Below are positions 21,624-32,910 of a stretch of DNA of 41,967 bases, piece by piece. The position numbers were made by a program, and so were the translations under genes. This DNA is from Nemertoderma westbladi. Taxonomy: Eukaryota > Animalia > Xenacoelomorpha. The stretch covers positions 1 through 41,967 of the forward strand of contig JAUCBJ010006056.1 of NCBI GenBank assembly GCA_032718475.1, given 5' to 3'. How positions within the stretch are numbered: the first letter of the stretch is position 1; the number at the start of each line of letters is the position of its first letter. The notes beneath the pieces are model-generated. The model saw only the letters and a list, made by a program, of their open reading frames with translations. It had not been told where the DNA came from and searched no databases.

Positions 21624-22339
21624 TGATTGAGTTGATAGAAGATGATCTTGGTATCAGGGAGCGATATACTCTACCTTTACAAGCGTTTGTTGTTAGCTTA
21701 ATACGCGGCGATGCTGCGTAATGGTACATATATGGACCTCTTAACTACTGGACATCCTATCGATTTACACGATATGGACGATATAGACACCAAAAGGGAA
21801 ATGGTTCTATTTAAATATCATACCCAGCGGAGGCGGAACAATAAACCGAGAATCGAACATGAGAATTCTATTCGAAACCGAATCGAAAGAGAAGACGTTG
21901 AAGAGCCGGATAAACGTAGTAACTTCAACGAATGTCTGGAATTCTTGAGAGAAATATATCTCAATATTACCAGTCAACAAAATCTAAAACTCGATATCCT
22001 CAAGGTATACATCATGACCGCATGGTAGAACTCAAACGGCTCTATTCCACTATGACGTATCTTACCGCCGATCGATCGCTACCTGTTGTACCGGATAGCT
22101 TCGAACAGATGGAGGAATATTGTAAGCTGGAGAAAGATCACTCGCGTTTCCCCTACAAGACGTGCGTCTTTGGTATTATTGCGATGAATGCCCTAGACCC
22201 AATCAACAAATGGAAAGACATAAACCTACGTGGAGACGTTGTGCTGAATACGGTTTTACTCGCTATACTTACGGGAGTTTCGAGCGAGGAGATTTGTTTG
22301 ACGTACCACCTACGCTCGTTCGACTCAGACGATCCTTAA
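21624..22339 (+). pseudogene. Frameshifted accessory ORF of unknown function inside element A
   Basis: Overlapping protein-like frames 21711-22028 and 21932-22339, preceded by a short frame MIELIEDDLGIRERY... (from 21624) and a TATAAA at ~21584. I recognise no family motif. Confidence 0.5.
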
Positions 22340-22824
22340 ATAAACCAATGATCAGAGTTCCGGAATACTCGATCAGACCTCCTCATTCCCGAATGAGACC
22401 TCAGACTCTTGATCCTATTAGTATGACGGATCCTCCCGGGTTGTGCTCGCTGTTCAAAGGTCTAGTGTTACCCTAGCAATTAGTCGGTGGCACTCCGGTT
22501 GTGGGCTCTCTGAAAATCCGCCCATCTTACCTGGCCGGATTGAGGCGCGGACACCTGATATCGCCGTTCAACCGTATAATCGTCCCCTTTTAACACGATA
22601 CAACCCGTCATCCAGGTAGAGGAGAGCGTTGTATGAAACGAGTTAGGCGCTATTCTACAAAGATCAGAAAGGAAACATACGTTTGTTCAGATAACCTTAA
22701 ATTGTAACAGCAAGTCCAAGCGGTAAACGGATTGGCTTTATCTCAGTTCGATTGGGAAATCCAGAATCTCTAAGACGATATCGAGCTTGAACGACCCTAT
22801 TCAGATACCTTATACCTTATTCAG

Positions 22825-23833
22825 GTAGTTCAGATTACGACATCTATCAGCTGATTTGATGTACTCGTGGAAGTTTCTTTGTTTAGGCCCACTCTGTACA
22901 ATCACTCAACCAATCAGAGCGATTCTCTTGCCTTTTGTACAGAAACCTCCAAGAAATCGCGCAATGCATTACTGTTTATGTTTACCTTTTTTCCAGCAGC
23001 CAGAAGACCGGCTTTGGAATCTCTGTGTTTTCAGGCTTTAGCCCAACATTAGTAGGCTTAATTATAGAACGTATATATGTTATCAAACCAATCTTAACTT
23101 AACATAACTTAACTTAACTTAACTCAACATACATACCAGTGCTTAATCTCTTAACTTACGGTTTATTATACTGCTATTTACTGTCGGTTATTCATTATAT
23201 CAGTTGATGGAATATTATATTTGGAATATCGATAAATAATAACAAACCCTCCATCTTCTTGATATACTGCAGGTAAGAGCGACTGGTTACATATAACGAT
23301 TGCGACTTACATTAAAGTGGTTTTGAAGTGAATCTAATGTTATTTCATAGGCCCTACATGAATCAGTCATTGTTCTCTATATATGTGACTAAAATTAGTG
23401 AAGGTCGGCAGATCGGTGTGCAGTATTGTGCAGCAGTGTGTATGATTGAGACTGATAACAAAGCATCTCCTAAAGAATGCGTCATATACGTGAATCTATA
23501 GCCATATCGTTGTGTCTAGTTTAAGTCATAGCTCTGTTTATATAGTTAGAGCACCACGTCCTAAAGGAACTGTTAATATTTCCCGAAAGTGAATAATATT
23601 TGTCAGAGATTATATATTACGATCAGTCGAATAATACAGTAGGCCTACATAGCAATACGATTAAGCTTCCGAATCCAGTCTCCCGGGTATATCCAACGGG
23701 TGAATGGTCGTGCATAGACTGGCTTCGGCTAATGTAGTGAATCAAATACTTGTCATAGGCTAAAGTCGGTTTATTATCTAGAAGACATCCCGATTTGGCA
23801 GGTTAAACTGCTAAAGGTCTGAAAGCGCGAACA
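22825..23833 (+). repeat. 3' LTR of element A, lacking its first ~196 bp and the PPT
   Basis: It matches 10878-11879 and ends in GCGAACA plus the TSD. I saw no copy of 10682-10877 upstream. Confidence 0.88.
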
Positions 23834-25546
23834 CGTGGTGGGGAGCCCGTAGCCCCCCCCCCCCCCCCCCCCCCGCTACTTCTAACTTCACTATCTCTTA
23901 CTACACTTCTGCATCCCTCTTGTCGGACACTATCTACCCCCCTTCTCTCGCCACTAATCTTCTGTGGTGGGGCGCCCATAGCCCCCCCCCCCAACCGCCA
24001 CTTCTAACTTCACTACCTCTTACTACACTTCTACACCCCTCTTGTGGGGCATTCTCTGCCCCCCCTCTCTCACCACTAATCTCATGTGGTGGGGCGCCCG
24101 TAACCCCCCCCCCCCCCCACTCGCCACATCTAACTTCACTATCTCTTACTCCTCTTCTACACCCCTCTCTAGTCGACACACTGTCTCTACTACGGCTCGG
24201 TCTATTCACCCCCGCATCTCTCTCTACTACTGCGAGGCCTACCAGGCCCACCTCGGGTTGGCTCAACCCCGCTACCTCCTGCCTACCAACTACGAGGCCT
24301 ACCAGGCCGCCGTCTGCCGGGCTATACACATCTGATGCGTTCATATTAATAGCACCATTCCCAATATTATTTGTTAAGTCAATTAAATTATTAGAATTTG
24401 AAACAGGACCATTATTTAAATTATTTTGTGTATTTAGATTTAAATTATTTGAATTATTTTGATTATTCTGAATATTTGAATTAATATTATTATTTGGATT
24501 TAAATTACCGGGTAAAATATTTCCTGTAATAAAGGGATTAGGGTTATTTACTACAGTACTACTAATACCAACATTTCCTAGCGTACTACTACTACCCCCC
24601 CCCCCCCCCCCACCCCGCCCGTACGGTTACTGTACGTACTGTACATGTACCGCACGCTCTGTTCTCTTGCCTCACGCTCTTCGCGTTCACTCTCTTGCTC
24701 CTTCCTTCCCCTCAGTCGCCACTCTAATTCTTCCATTTTTAATTTATATGCCATGCGTTCACTCTCTCGCACCCGTCTTTCTTTTGCGGAGGATGTAGCA
24801 GACTTATCGGTTGCGACGGACTTCCGCAGCCCCTCCGTCCTACTAACGTTTCCCCGCTTTCCGGGGTTCTCGCTGACCGACGAGACCAAATCCTCGGAGC
24901 TAACCTCGGATTCGCCCTCGTGCGGTCCCGCCCAACCCACTAACTTAACTTCCCTGGCATCAACTAAGTATGGCCCTATGTACACTACATTAGGCCCCAT
25001 ACCCCTACGTTCCCATAGCCCTAACAGTTCGATGGCAACCCCTCTCGCTCTCTCGCTGGCTAGTTCTCCCTGCCCAGAACGCACTAGGTAATCAAAGTAT
25101 CTGTTCGACTCACCTAGTTGTCTCCTCAACTTCACCTGGTCTATCTCAGCCCCTCCTCTAGCTTCTTTCAGTTGTTCCCGGGTCGCGGCGTAGGCTCGTC
25201 GGAGCCGGACGACCCCGACGTCCTCGTCGTCAACATCTCCTCTCTCCGTCCGGGTCCGGCGTCATACCGTCGGCTCCACCGTTGCCGTTCCGGTGGGCCA
25301 TTCGCTGCCCTCGGCCTGTGGCTGGCCGGCGACATCGGCATATCGACCGCCGCCCTGTGTCAACTCGTCTCTCTCCTCTCCCGACTCGTCCTCTCGCTGT
25401 AGACGGCCCCCCTCGTCTCGGATCGCCGGATGGCCCGTTCTCGATGGGTCCGGCGTTGTGGGTGCATACCGTCTGGTCGTGGCCTCGCGGATCATTAGAT
25501 CGCCGTCCGGGGTCCGCGGTGGTGTTGTTTCTCTTTCTTGGCTCAT
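23834..25546 (-). pseudogene. gag: N-terminal part of element B gag, with frameshifts, some at homopolymer runs; includes an Asn-rich tract and ~120-bp tandem repeats
   Basis: ATG at 25546 (MSQERET...) lies just after the LTR/PBS and is conserved in the tandem copy (MSREKG at ~5361). ORF pieces are 25262-25546, 24578-25135 and 23934-24344. Confidence 0.6.
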
Positions 25547-25601
25547 CTTTATCTCTGGTGGATGGCAACCACAGTCTGTCAGGGCAGTTGGTTGGATCTA
25601 G

Positions 25602-25610
25602 TTCTATCAC
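25602..25610 (-). promoter_or_regulatory. Non-tRNA primer-binding site candidate of B (GTGATAGAA), complementary to LTR 25809-25817
   Basis: It immediately follows the minus-strand LTR end ...CGTCACA and is an exact 9-nt complement of an LTR-internal sequence. Confidence 0.55.
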
Positions 25611-26141
25611 TGTGACGGGATCTACGGATCCCGATTTATCCGTTTGGGTTTTCTATCTACGCGTCCCCGCCGTGTATATGAAAAGGTTCGTTAAGAGTTC
25701 TGATGTTCGGTAATATGTAGAAAGGTATAATATAGTTGATATAGCACAGTTGAATGGATGACACGGTTACCGGTAGATAAGTATTACATGTGATGGCGGT
25801 AGCGGACGGTGATAGAAGTCACCGTTCCACCCTACTGAACTGACTGAGTAAACTGAATGAATGTTGCATCGACCGGTAATATATATTGCACAGTTGGCCA
25901 TATAATCACTTAGCCGGTGCCTCCCCCCATTGGCTAATATCCCTGTTGTCGCCCTTTGGAGTGTTTCCCCTCACTCCTGCTATTCTCTCTCTGTCAGGGC
26001 TATGGCCCCTGACCCCTATTGTGTGTTTCTCCATCCCACTCTGTTGGGATGGCACGAGGTTGGGTAATTAACCTCGTGCTCCCGATATTGCTTAATGGCT
26101 CACTCTATGGGGTTGTGTTAGCGGAATTGGATAAGCTAACA
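25611..26141 (-). repeat. 5' LTR of element B (531 bp)
   Basis: It matches 5491-6005 and has TGT...ACA termini. On the minus strand TATATA (~25880-25886) is followed ~25 nt later by TCAGT initiator-like motifs. It abuts LINE sequence at 26142. Confidence 0.88.
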
Positions 26142-26376
26142 CTACAAGTAAGTAGGTTAACTCTCTGCTGTGCTGTTGTTTGTACAAACAACCGGGAATA
26201 TTATTTAAGTTCATATATTCCAATAGGTGGTCTGCTACCACCCTTTCCGTAAGTTCTGAAATGTACAATAAATTACTTATCGGTCTAAAGTTTTTAGGAA
26301 ATTCAGGATTCAACCGAGCTTTCTTTAGAATTGGTGTCAAAACATTTTCTTTAAACATTATTTGTACAGTGCACAT
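26142..26376 (-). pseudogene. L2/CR1-type LINE RT, N-terminal part (upstream continuation of 3300-3970)
   Basis: FKENVLTPILKK...KNFRPISNLLYISELTERVV...YKQQHSRE are degenerate motifs from the start of the RT domain. Confidence 0.85.
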
Positions 26377-26423
26377 CGATATATGATGGTTTATTTTCAG
26401 TGTAATTACTGCGAGAAGATCAG

Positions 26424-26981
26424 GTCCGGGTGTGTTGAGTCGGTGCGTTGGGTGACCAGGTGCACAGAGTCGATGTGGAGGGCATCCGGGTGCCCAGAGT
26501 CGACGCCATAGGCGTCCAAGTGTGCTGAGGCGACGTGGTAGGTGTCTGGGTGCGCGGAGTCAACATGGTCCGTGTCCTGGTGCCTGGAGTCGATGCCTTA
26601 GGCGTCCAAGTGTGCTGAGGCGACGTGGTGGGTGTCTGGGTGCGTGGAGTCAACATGGTCCGTGTCCGGGTGCATGGAGTCGATGCTGTGGGTGTCCGGT
26701 TGCGAGGTTCAATGCGGTGGGAATCTGTGTGCGTGGAGTCGATACCATGGGTGTCCGGGTGCGCGGAGTCAATGTGTTGGATGTCTGGGAGTGTGCGAGT
26801 CAATGCGGTGGGCGTCCGGGTGTGTGGAGTCGACACGGTGGGCGTCGGGGTGCACTGTGTCGATGCGGTGGGCATCAGGACGCGTGGAGACGATGGGGTG
26901 GGCATCTAGGTGTGCGGAGTTATTGTGGTGGGTGTCTGGGTGTGCGGAGTCGATGTGGTGGGTGTCTGGGTGCGTGGAGTA
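26424..26981. repeat. GC-rich 30-bp minisatellite (~18 units) with a 90-bp higher-order duplication
   Basis: Approximate consensus GTCGATGCGGTGGGTGTCCGGGTGCGCGGA. 26499-26588 is repeated at 26589-26678. Confidence 0.85.
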
Positions 26982-27297
26982 CTCCTGGCCCTGCAAAGTA
27001 GAAGCTGAGTTGCACAGCAGTTTACAATGTTTATTGTTTGGATCGAGTCTAAGACACATAAATTAGTAGTTTGATTTGATCGTTGTTAATTATTCAACCA
27101 ATTACATTCTCTGTCCCAGGAATTATGCTTACATTGTAAGGGGTAGAGGAAACTTCAAAACGTGTGATCGTGGAAGGATTGGTTCTAATGAAAGTACGTG
27201 AGCACATTAATTTTTGAGTGAGCGAAACACCGTCGATTACTGCACCTCGGTGAATCCAATGCGTATCAGGTTCTGTGATTAACAGAATGTGCCTTTT

Positions 27298-27770
27298 TCA
27301 TTGGAACTTGTACTGAATCTTGGCTTCAGCAGGTGTGTATTCGGGGGAGATATACAGGTGTGAGCGGTGCTGGGATCTGCATAGCTCACGTGCCTTACGC
27401 TCTAGCACCGCGTGTTTTTCAGGCTGTAGTTTAGCTACAATTGGCTGACCATGGATTGCTCTCTGTTTACCAACATGTTTCACACCGACTTCCGTCTTGT
27501 CCTGTTCAACCTCCATATCTCACGAGCAACCTCCCTTACCAGGTTTTTCCCGTTCATTGAGCTAATGCAACTTTATGACAATATTTGTTTTGTGGTGATT
27601 CTGTTCAGTTTCTTCCTTGTTGATTTCTCGTGGAAGGGATGCAACATTAGTACCACTACCAGTATTACTTTCCATATGTCGGTTATTCCACGTTTCCAAT
27701 TTCCTTGTAAGTAGACCAGTAACGATGTTTTCTTCGTGAGTTTAAGCCCGAGAATAGAAATAGCCAATTT
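27298..27770 (-). pseudogene. LINE ORF1-like relic
   Basis: QPIVAKL...KHAVLERKARELCRSQHRSHLYISPEYTPAE resembles the 'RP.IVKF...AR.LR...IYISPDLT' C-terminus of CR1/L2/Jockey ORF1 proteins. It is on the same strand as the RT relic. Confidence 0.55.
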
Positions 27771-27847
27771 TCGTTAAGCTGTTAACTCTAAGGAACCAGC
27801 TAAGCTCATCTAACTAGCTGCAATATGGAACCTGGCATGTGCTAGGG

Positions 27848-29266
27848 ATGTGGGGCGACCAACGAAAGTAAGCGAGCTTAGCTTACAGGTACCACTAACT
27901 CAATCAGTGTGTCTGTTGATCTGTTGTTCTGTTGTGGGGCGAGCGACGAAAGTAAGCGAGCTTAGCATACAGGTACCACTAACTCAATCGGTGTGTCTGT
28001 TGCTCTGTTGTTCTGTTTATCTGTTGTTCTGTCGATCTGTTTTTCTGTTGTTCTGTCGTTCTGTTTTGTCCAATTTTAAACGTTAATAACTCAGCCAAAT
28101 GTTAATAAAATTTAACCAAACTGGGAACTGGGTACACATGTAGTCTGGCAAAAGTTTAGAAATTTTCCAAGTTGAATTTGCGTGGGGTCTTCGTGCAGCA
28201 TCTGTGTAACTGTCTTACAGTTATAATAAATTAATCTACCCAAAATTATTAGGCTTGGCATCAGCTGGTTGCTAGGAGACTGCAGGATTACAGTACGGTA
28301 CCGGTACTGTTAACTGTTACAGTGGTACAGAGTTACCGGTACCGTCTACAGGTCGTTGGCAAGGCCATCTAAACAACTTCTTCATCTAAACAGCTTCCGA
28401 CAGTCCGATGTATCTGGACCCGAGCAGCCGAGTGGCATCAAGATGCGATTAACTGAGGAATAAATACTACGGAATTGAAGCTTGTCAGTAAGATTCTATT
28501 TACAAGAACGCGGCGGCCTGGACAGCCAGATCCTGGGATCGCCTGGGGGAAATTGTTGAAAGTCGGGCAGACGTGTATCGCACCGGATTACATTCTCTGC
28601 CACGCGAAAGTGTGAGTCGAATTCGTTGTCGAATTGGGTCGGAATCTGTGGGAATTTTACTGTTATACGGGAATAAACCGCAGCGGTCTGGTGACTATGG
28701 ACGGATACTGGGATGATCTGGTATTTCGATCGAGTTTCTCGTATTCTCGATGCTTGAGGCGGATAGAGAGTCAGTTGTGTTGGGCGGAGATACCGATTGC
28801 TGGATAGCTCTGATCTTTTTATAATTATTTGAATTTCTTAAGTACCGATTTTTGGATTGAATTGCTCAATTTTAATCTGTATCTGATAACTGAGCCTCGT
28901 CCTGCGCGAAGGCCCCATGAACGTGTTCTGTTGTTCTGTTGATCTGTTGTTCTGTTGTTCTGTCGATTTGTTGTGTCCAAATTTAAACGTTAATAACTCA
29001 GCCAAATGTTAATGAAATTTAACCAAACTTGGTAAACATGTAGTCTGGTAAAAGTTTAGAAATTTTCCAAGTTGAATTTCCGTGTGGCCTTCGAGAAGCT
29101 TAGATAATAGCAATTAATTAGTTAATTAAGTTGATTACGGTAAAAACTGCATTTTCAACCTGCCTGTTAAAGGAAATTAATTATTTTACAGTATAATATT
29201 TAAATAATTATACTTAAAAATTATACATATGTAATCCACATACCCCATTCTATTATAGTTTTTAAT
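27848..29266 (+). mobile_element. Tandem non-autonomous Helentron/DINE-1-like elements; the second is interrupted by the RTE and resumes at 33700-33950
   Basis: 5' GTGGGGCGA..., a (CTGTT)n microsatellite, the AACCAAAC(T)TGG core and 3' ...GCGCGAAGGCCCCA are present. An inverted copy lies at ~36000-36790. The family assignment rests on architecture only. Confidence 0.55.
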
Positions 29267-29310
29267 CATCATTGCATCAGGGAGCCCATTGAGAGACTGC
29301 TCCGTGGAAA

Positions 29311-30180
29311 TCAGAATGGGTTCCGTAAAGGTCGTGGGACCATGGAGCCCATTTTGGCACTTAGAAGGATAATTGAAGAGTTATCAAAAAAGAAAGACAG
29401 GCATCTGGCTGTTATCTTTGTTGACTTCATCAAGGCCTTTGATTCAGTCTCTCGCTCACGTATGTTCAGCATACTTTCATTATATGGGATTCCTGATGAA
29501 ATTATTGCAGCAATCAGATCAGTATACGATGGTTCGACAACATTTGTGTCTACTGTTGACGGTGACACAGAACCATTTGAAGTGTTATGGGGCGTCCTCC
29601 AAGGAGACACACTTGCACCATTCTTGTTCATTATTGTGGTTGACTATGTTCTACGCATGTCCTTAGATCATTATAATGATGATGGGGTGATGATAACTCC
29701 ACCTACTGGCTCCAGAAGTCGAGGAAATCCTGCCAAGTATCTAACTGATCTAGACTTTGCTGATGACTTAGGAGTACTCTCAGAATCATTAGAGGGAGCC
29801 CAATGGCTCCTCAGCTCATTAGAACACGCTGCTTCTAGTGTTGGTCTTTTTATTAACTCCAGAAAGACCAAAATTCTGACAGTTAACTTTGAAAGTCATC
29901 AGCAAGTCTCTGATCGGATGAGCATAAGCTCAAATGATGGTATGCTTGAGCATATGTGGACGACTTCTGTTACCTGGGATCATGGATCCAGAAGTCAGGT
30001 GAGGACCTTCGAATACGTAAGGGAAAGGCATGTGCAGCCTTGAATAGGCTTTCCAGGATTTGGAAGTCACCGAGAATTAATCGGAAACTTAAGGTCCGAT
30101 TATTTAGAGCAGCAGTAGTTCCAGTACTCCTCTACGGGAGTCCATGCTGGGCTCTAACTGCTGAGGACACCAAATCTCTG
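29311..30180 (+). pseudogene. RTE reverse transcriptase (frameshifted)
   Basis: ORFs 29342-30043 and 29956-30201 (DDFCYLGSWI...KLKVRLFRAAVVPVLLYGS). The reading continues as LDGTFTRMLR at ~32132. Confidence 0.88.
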
Positions 30181-32130
30181 TATTCGAAGAGACGTATCTA
30201 ATACCTGCAATATCCTACTATAAAGTCTGTGAATCAAAGAATAAATCCGAGCTTCTCACCAAAACAGTAAACTCTAAGTAAACCTATTGCAGTATTAGTC
30301 TCTTATAACCGGTGAGGCAGAAAACAGTCTACGAACGGACAAACTTCGATAAAACAAAGCGAATCCTAAAATCGGGCTGACGCACTGACGGACTAAAGGC
30401 GCTCGTATACTTTGCCGCGGTGTGATTTATATGGGTTGGGGTGAGAGTTGCTAGCTAAATGTCTAACTAGCGGCAAAAGCACACAGTAAGGACAAAAATT
30501 ATTTTATATATTTTGAGGTGTAAATAATTTCTAACGCGCGCGTGTGTCTTGATTCTAACAGTCAAAATCAGTTTTAATCCTTCATATATATAATTACTGG
30601 GTCTGGTGTATTTGTATAAATACTCAAATTTTACGGGTTGCTTGTAGGTCCAATACTCACAAATAATAAGGCTCCTTCCCCTTTGTGTACTTCCAGGACT
30701 CAAATTCAGGCATAAGGTTAATACTACGCCCAGAATTCGGCCGTTTTAATTACCAGGTCCCTAATACTAAGAAGAAGATGTGTTAGTTTACTACTGTAGG
30801 CGTACGGTTACAAATAGCTGGCCTGGCTTCCTATCTAGAATTTTGGTTGCCTAGGTGGGGCACGGCAACTTCCTAACAGAATGTCGGCGGGGACACGGTA
30901 GATGTTAGTATCCCTAATGGCCTTAATTTGTATGCGCCTAGCAATAAACTGCCCTACCGCCTGAACGGTACAATCCTAATTCAGGTAAAAACACAGTAAC
31001 CTCCTGGCCTACAAGTTCCAACACAAACAATAGACACCACTGCACTACAAACTAGCCACCGACGCACCTATACCTAGCAAGAGTTAGGCGTACAGCTTGC
31101 TGCACCCTACCAATGTGTATGCCTTGTACTGGTGTGCCTGCGTCCAATCTGCGTACTAGTATCTCTGCTTGCTCTACTCTCTCTCCTCCCGTAGGAATAT
31201 GAAGGTCTACTGCAGGTTTTTCTCTGAATTTAGACAGTACAGTCCCTAAATGTAAATTTTTTAGCGCACAGCGTGTCAATACCTCTACCTTTGATCTTAG
31301 GTCTTACACTTAGGTACCAAGGCATTGAACGCTGTCTAACCTTCAGGCGAATAAATAAAGATGATATTGCGGGTTGTCTCCTGTCTACATTCCTCCGATG
31401 TTCCTGTCTATCGCCGCGGCCCGATGTCTAGCCTGCCATCCTGTTCCTTAGTTGTGTTCACCGTGGTGAAAACATAGTAAAAAAGAGCAGATAGCGGATA
31501 CTTCTAACTTTATTACAGAATTTAAACGATAACTAATAAAGATAATATACACTAAAGAACTACTAAAGTATAACAAAGAAGTGAATATCAGAAGTAAGAT
31601 TAGATAACTAATGAACGAAACCGCACCTTTTATAGCAAATTTTGTGCTGCAATCAATCGAGATAAATCTCGATTGTTCTATGATTTCTATACGAAACCGC
31701 ACCTTTTATAGCAAATTTTGTGCTGCAATCAATCGAGATAAATCTCGATTGTTCTATGATTTCTATGAGGGTTTTAAAGATAATTATTGGTCCAGCAAAC
31801 ACATAACTTGCACGACATTGGTTACTATCAAATAACTGCAATCACATTGGTTAATCTACCTTAAGCAGATGCAATTAAATCGTAGCGGTAAATTTGAATG
31901 AGTTGAAATTTAGCACAAAAAATAATTCGTACTTGCTAGGATTCAGACTCGATACCTACTACACGATTTTCTAACGCTTAACCGACTGAGCTACTGAACC
32001 ACTTGAACAATGTTATACAAATAGCTATAGTAAATACGAATGAGGACTTAATGTAATCTTTATAACAAATTAATTCGAACAAAATAAAATTTTGAAAATC
32101 CACGGCTTTTATGAGGATATAATTCTATAC
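30181..32130. mobile_element. ~1.95-kb non-coding insertion into the RTE with imperfect terminal inverted repeats
   Basis: The RTE reading ...TKSL|DGTF is split, with (C)TCTG duplicated. ATATCCTACTATAAAGTCTGTGAATC (~30210) resembles the reverse complement of GAAAATCCACGGCTTTTATGAGGATAT (~32094). It contains a 76-bp tandem duplication (31615-31766) and a tRNA-like A/B-box relic (~31935-32000, minus strand). Confidence 0.55.
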
Positions 32131-32910
32131 TCTGGATGGCACATTCACAAGAATGCTACGCCGGGTTCATTGTGTCAAGTACAATGCACACATTTCCAAC
32201 CAGACACTATATAACATGGAAGGTGTCTCATTGGTTACCAAGCTTGACACTAGAACAAAATCGCCTCCGCTTTGCAGGACATTGCTTTCGCCGTGAGGAC
32301 CAGCCAGTGCATAATCTTGTACTTTGGCAGCCTCATGGAGTGAATAAGCATGGTGGACAGCCCATGACTTTCTTGAGACGCATCTTAAAGGACACTGGCC
32401 TTGAAGATGCGGATGATCTAGCAAATGTCATGGGTGATAGGGAGTTGTGGCGGCGCAATTTTGTCGACAAGCCGGCACAACATTCTTAAAAATGCAGCTG
32501 CAATGCAGCATGCCGATCCTAGTAGTAGTAGTAGTAGTAGTAAAACCCCCGCGAACAGCGGAAGAATCGAATAATCTTCCTATTCTCGGGGGTACAGCTG
32601 TTGCTAACTGTGGCAAATGTGTAACTTCACCAGGGCTACTCTCTCCAGAAGGGTAAAATCAACTTTATTACTCAAGTAGTGAAGCCTATCAGTCGACAAA
32701 CAATTTGTAGTTCAGGGTGCGCACTGAGGCGCGGGCTAATTTAATTTTATAATTTTATCCGAAAAATATATAATAATAATTCTGAAAAGAATACCGAATG
32801 TGCTAAACCTGGGGCAAACAACTAAAATAAAATAAACGAAAGAAATTAAACCCCAATGAAACCTAATCCGGCAAAACGAATGCAATGAGTACTACTCATT
32901 TATTTTGGAG

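Larger units (their letters stand above)
10682..23833 (+). mobile_element. BEL/Pao LTR retrotransposon 'A', near full length but with frameshifts, 5-bp TSD CGTGG
   Basis: CGTGG occurs at 10677-10681 and 23834-23838, flanking TGTAAAAG...GCGAACA. Domain order is gag-PR-RT-RH-IN with BEL-specific motifs. Confidence 0.93.
5491..26141 (-). mobile_element. Non-autonomous BEL/Pao-type LTR retrotransposon 'B' (gag-PR, no RT/RNaseH/integrase core), interrupted by element A
   Basis: It has two LTRs, a PPT and a BEL-type gag/PR ORF. The sequences on either side of A (10681 | 23834) rejoin into one unit of B's ~120-bp internal repeat. Confidence 0.85.

Noticed and set aside
21711-22339. Envelope glycoprotein call for A's extra ORF
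   Set aside because: No signal peptide, convincing transmembrane anchor or Cys pattern is visible, so it is left as unknown.
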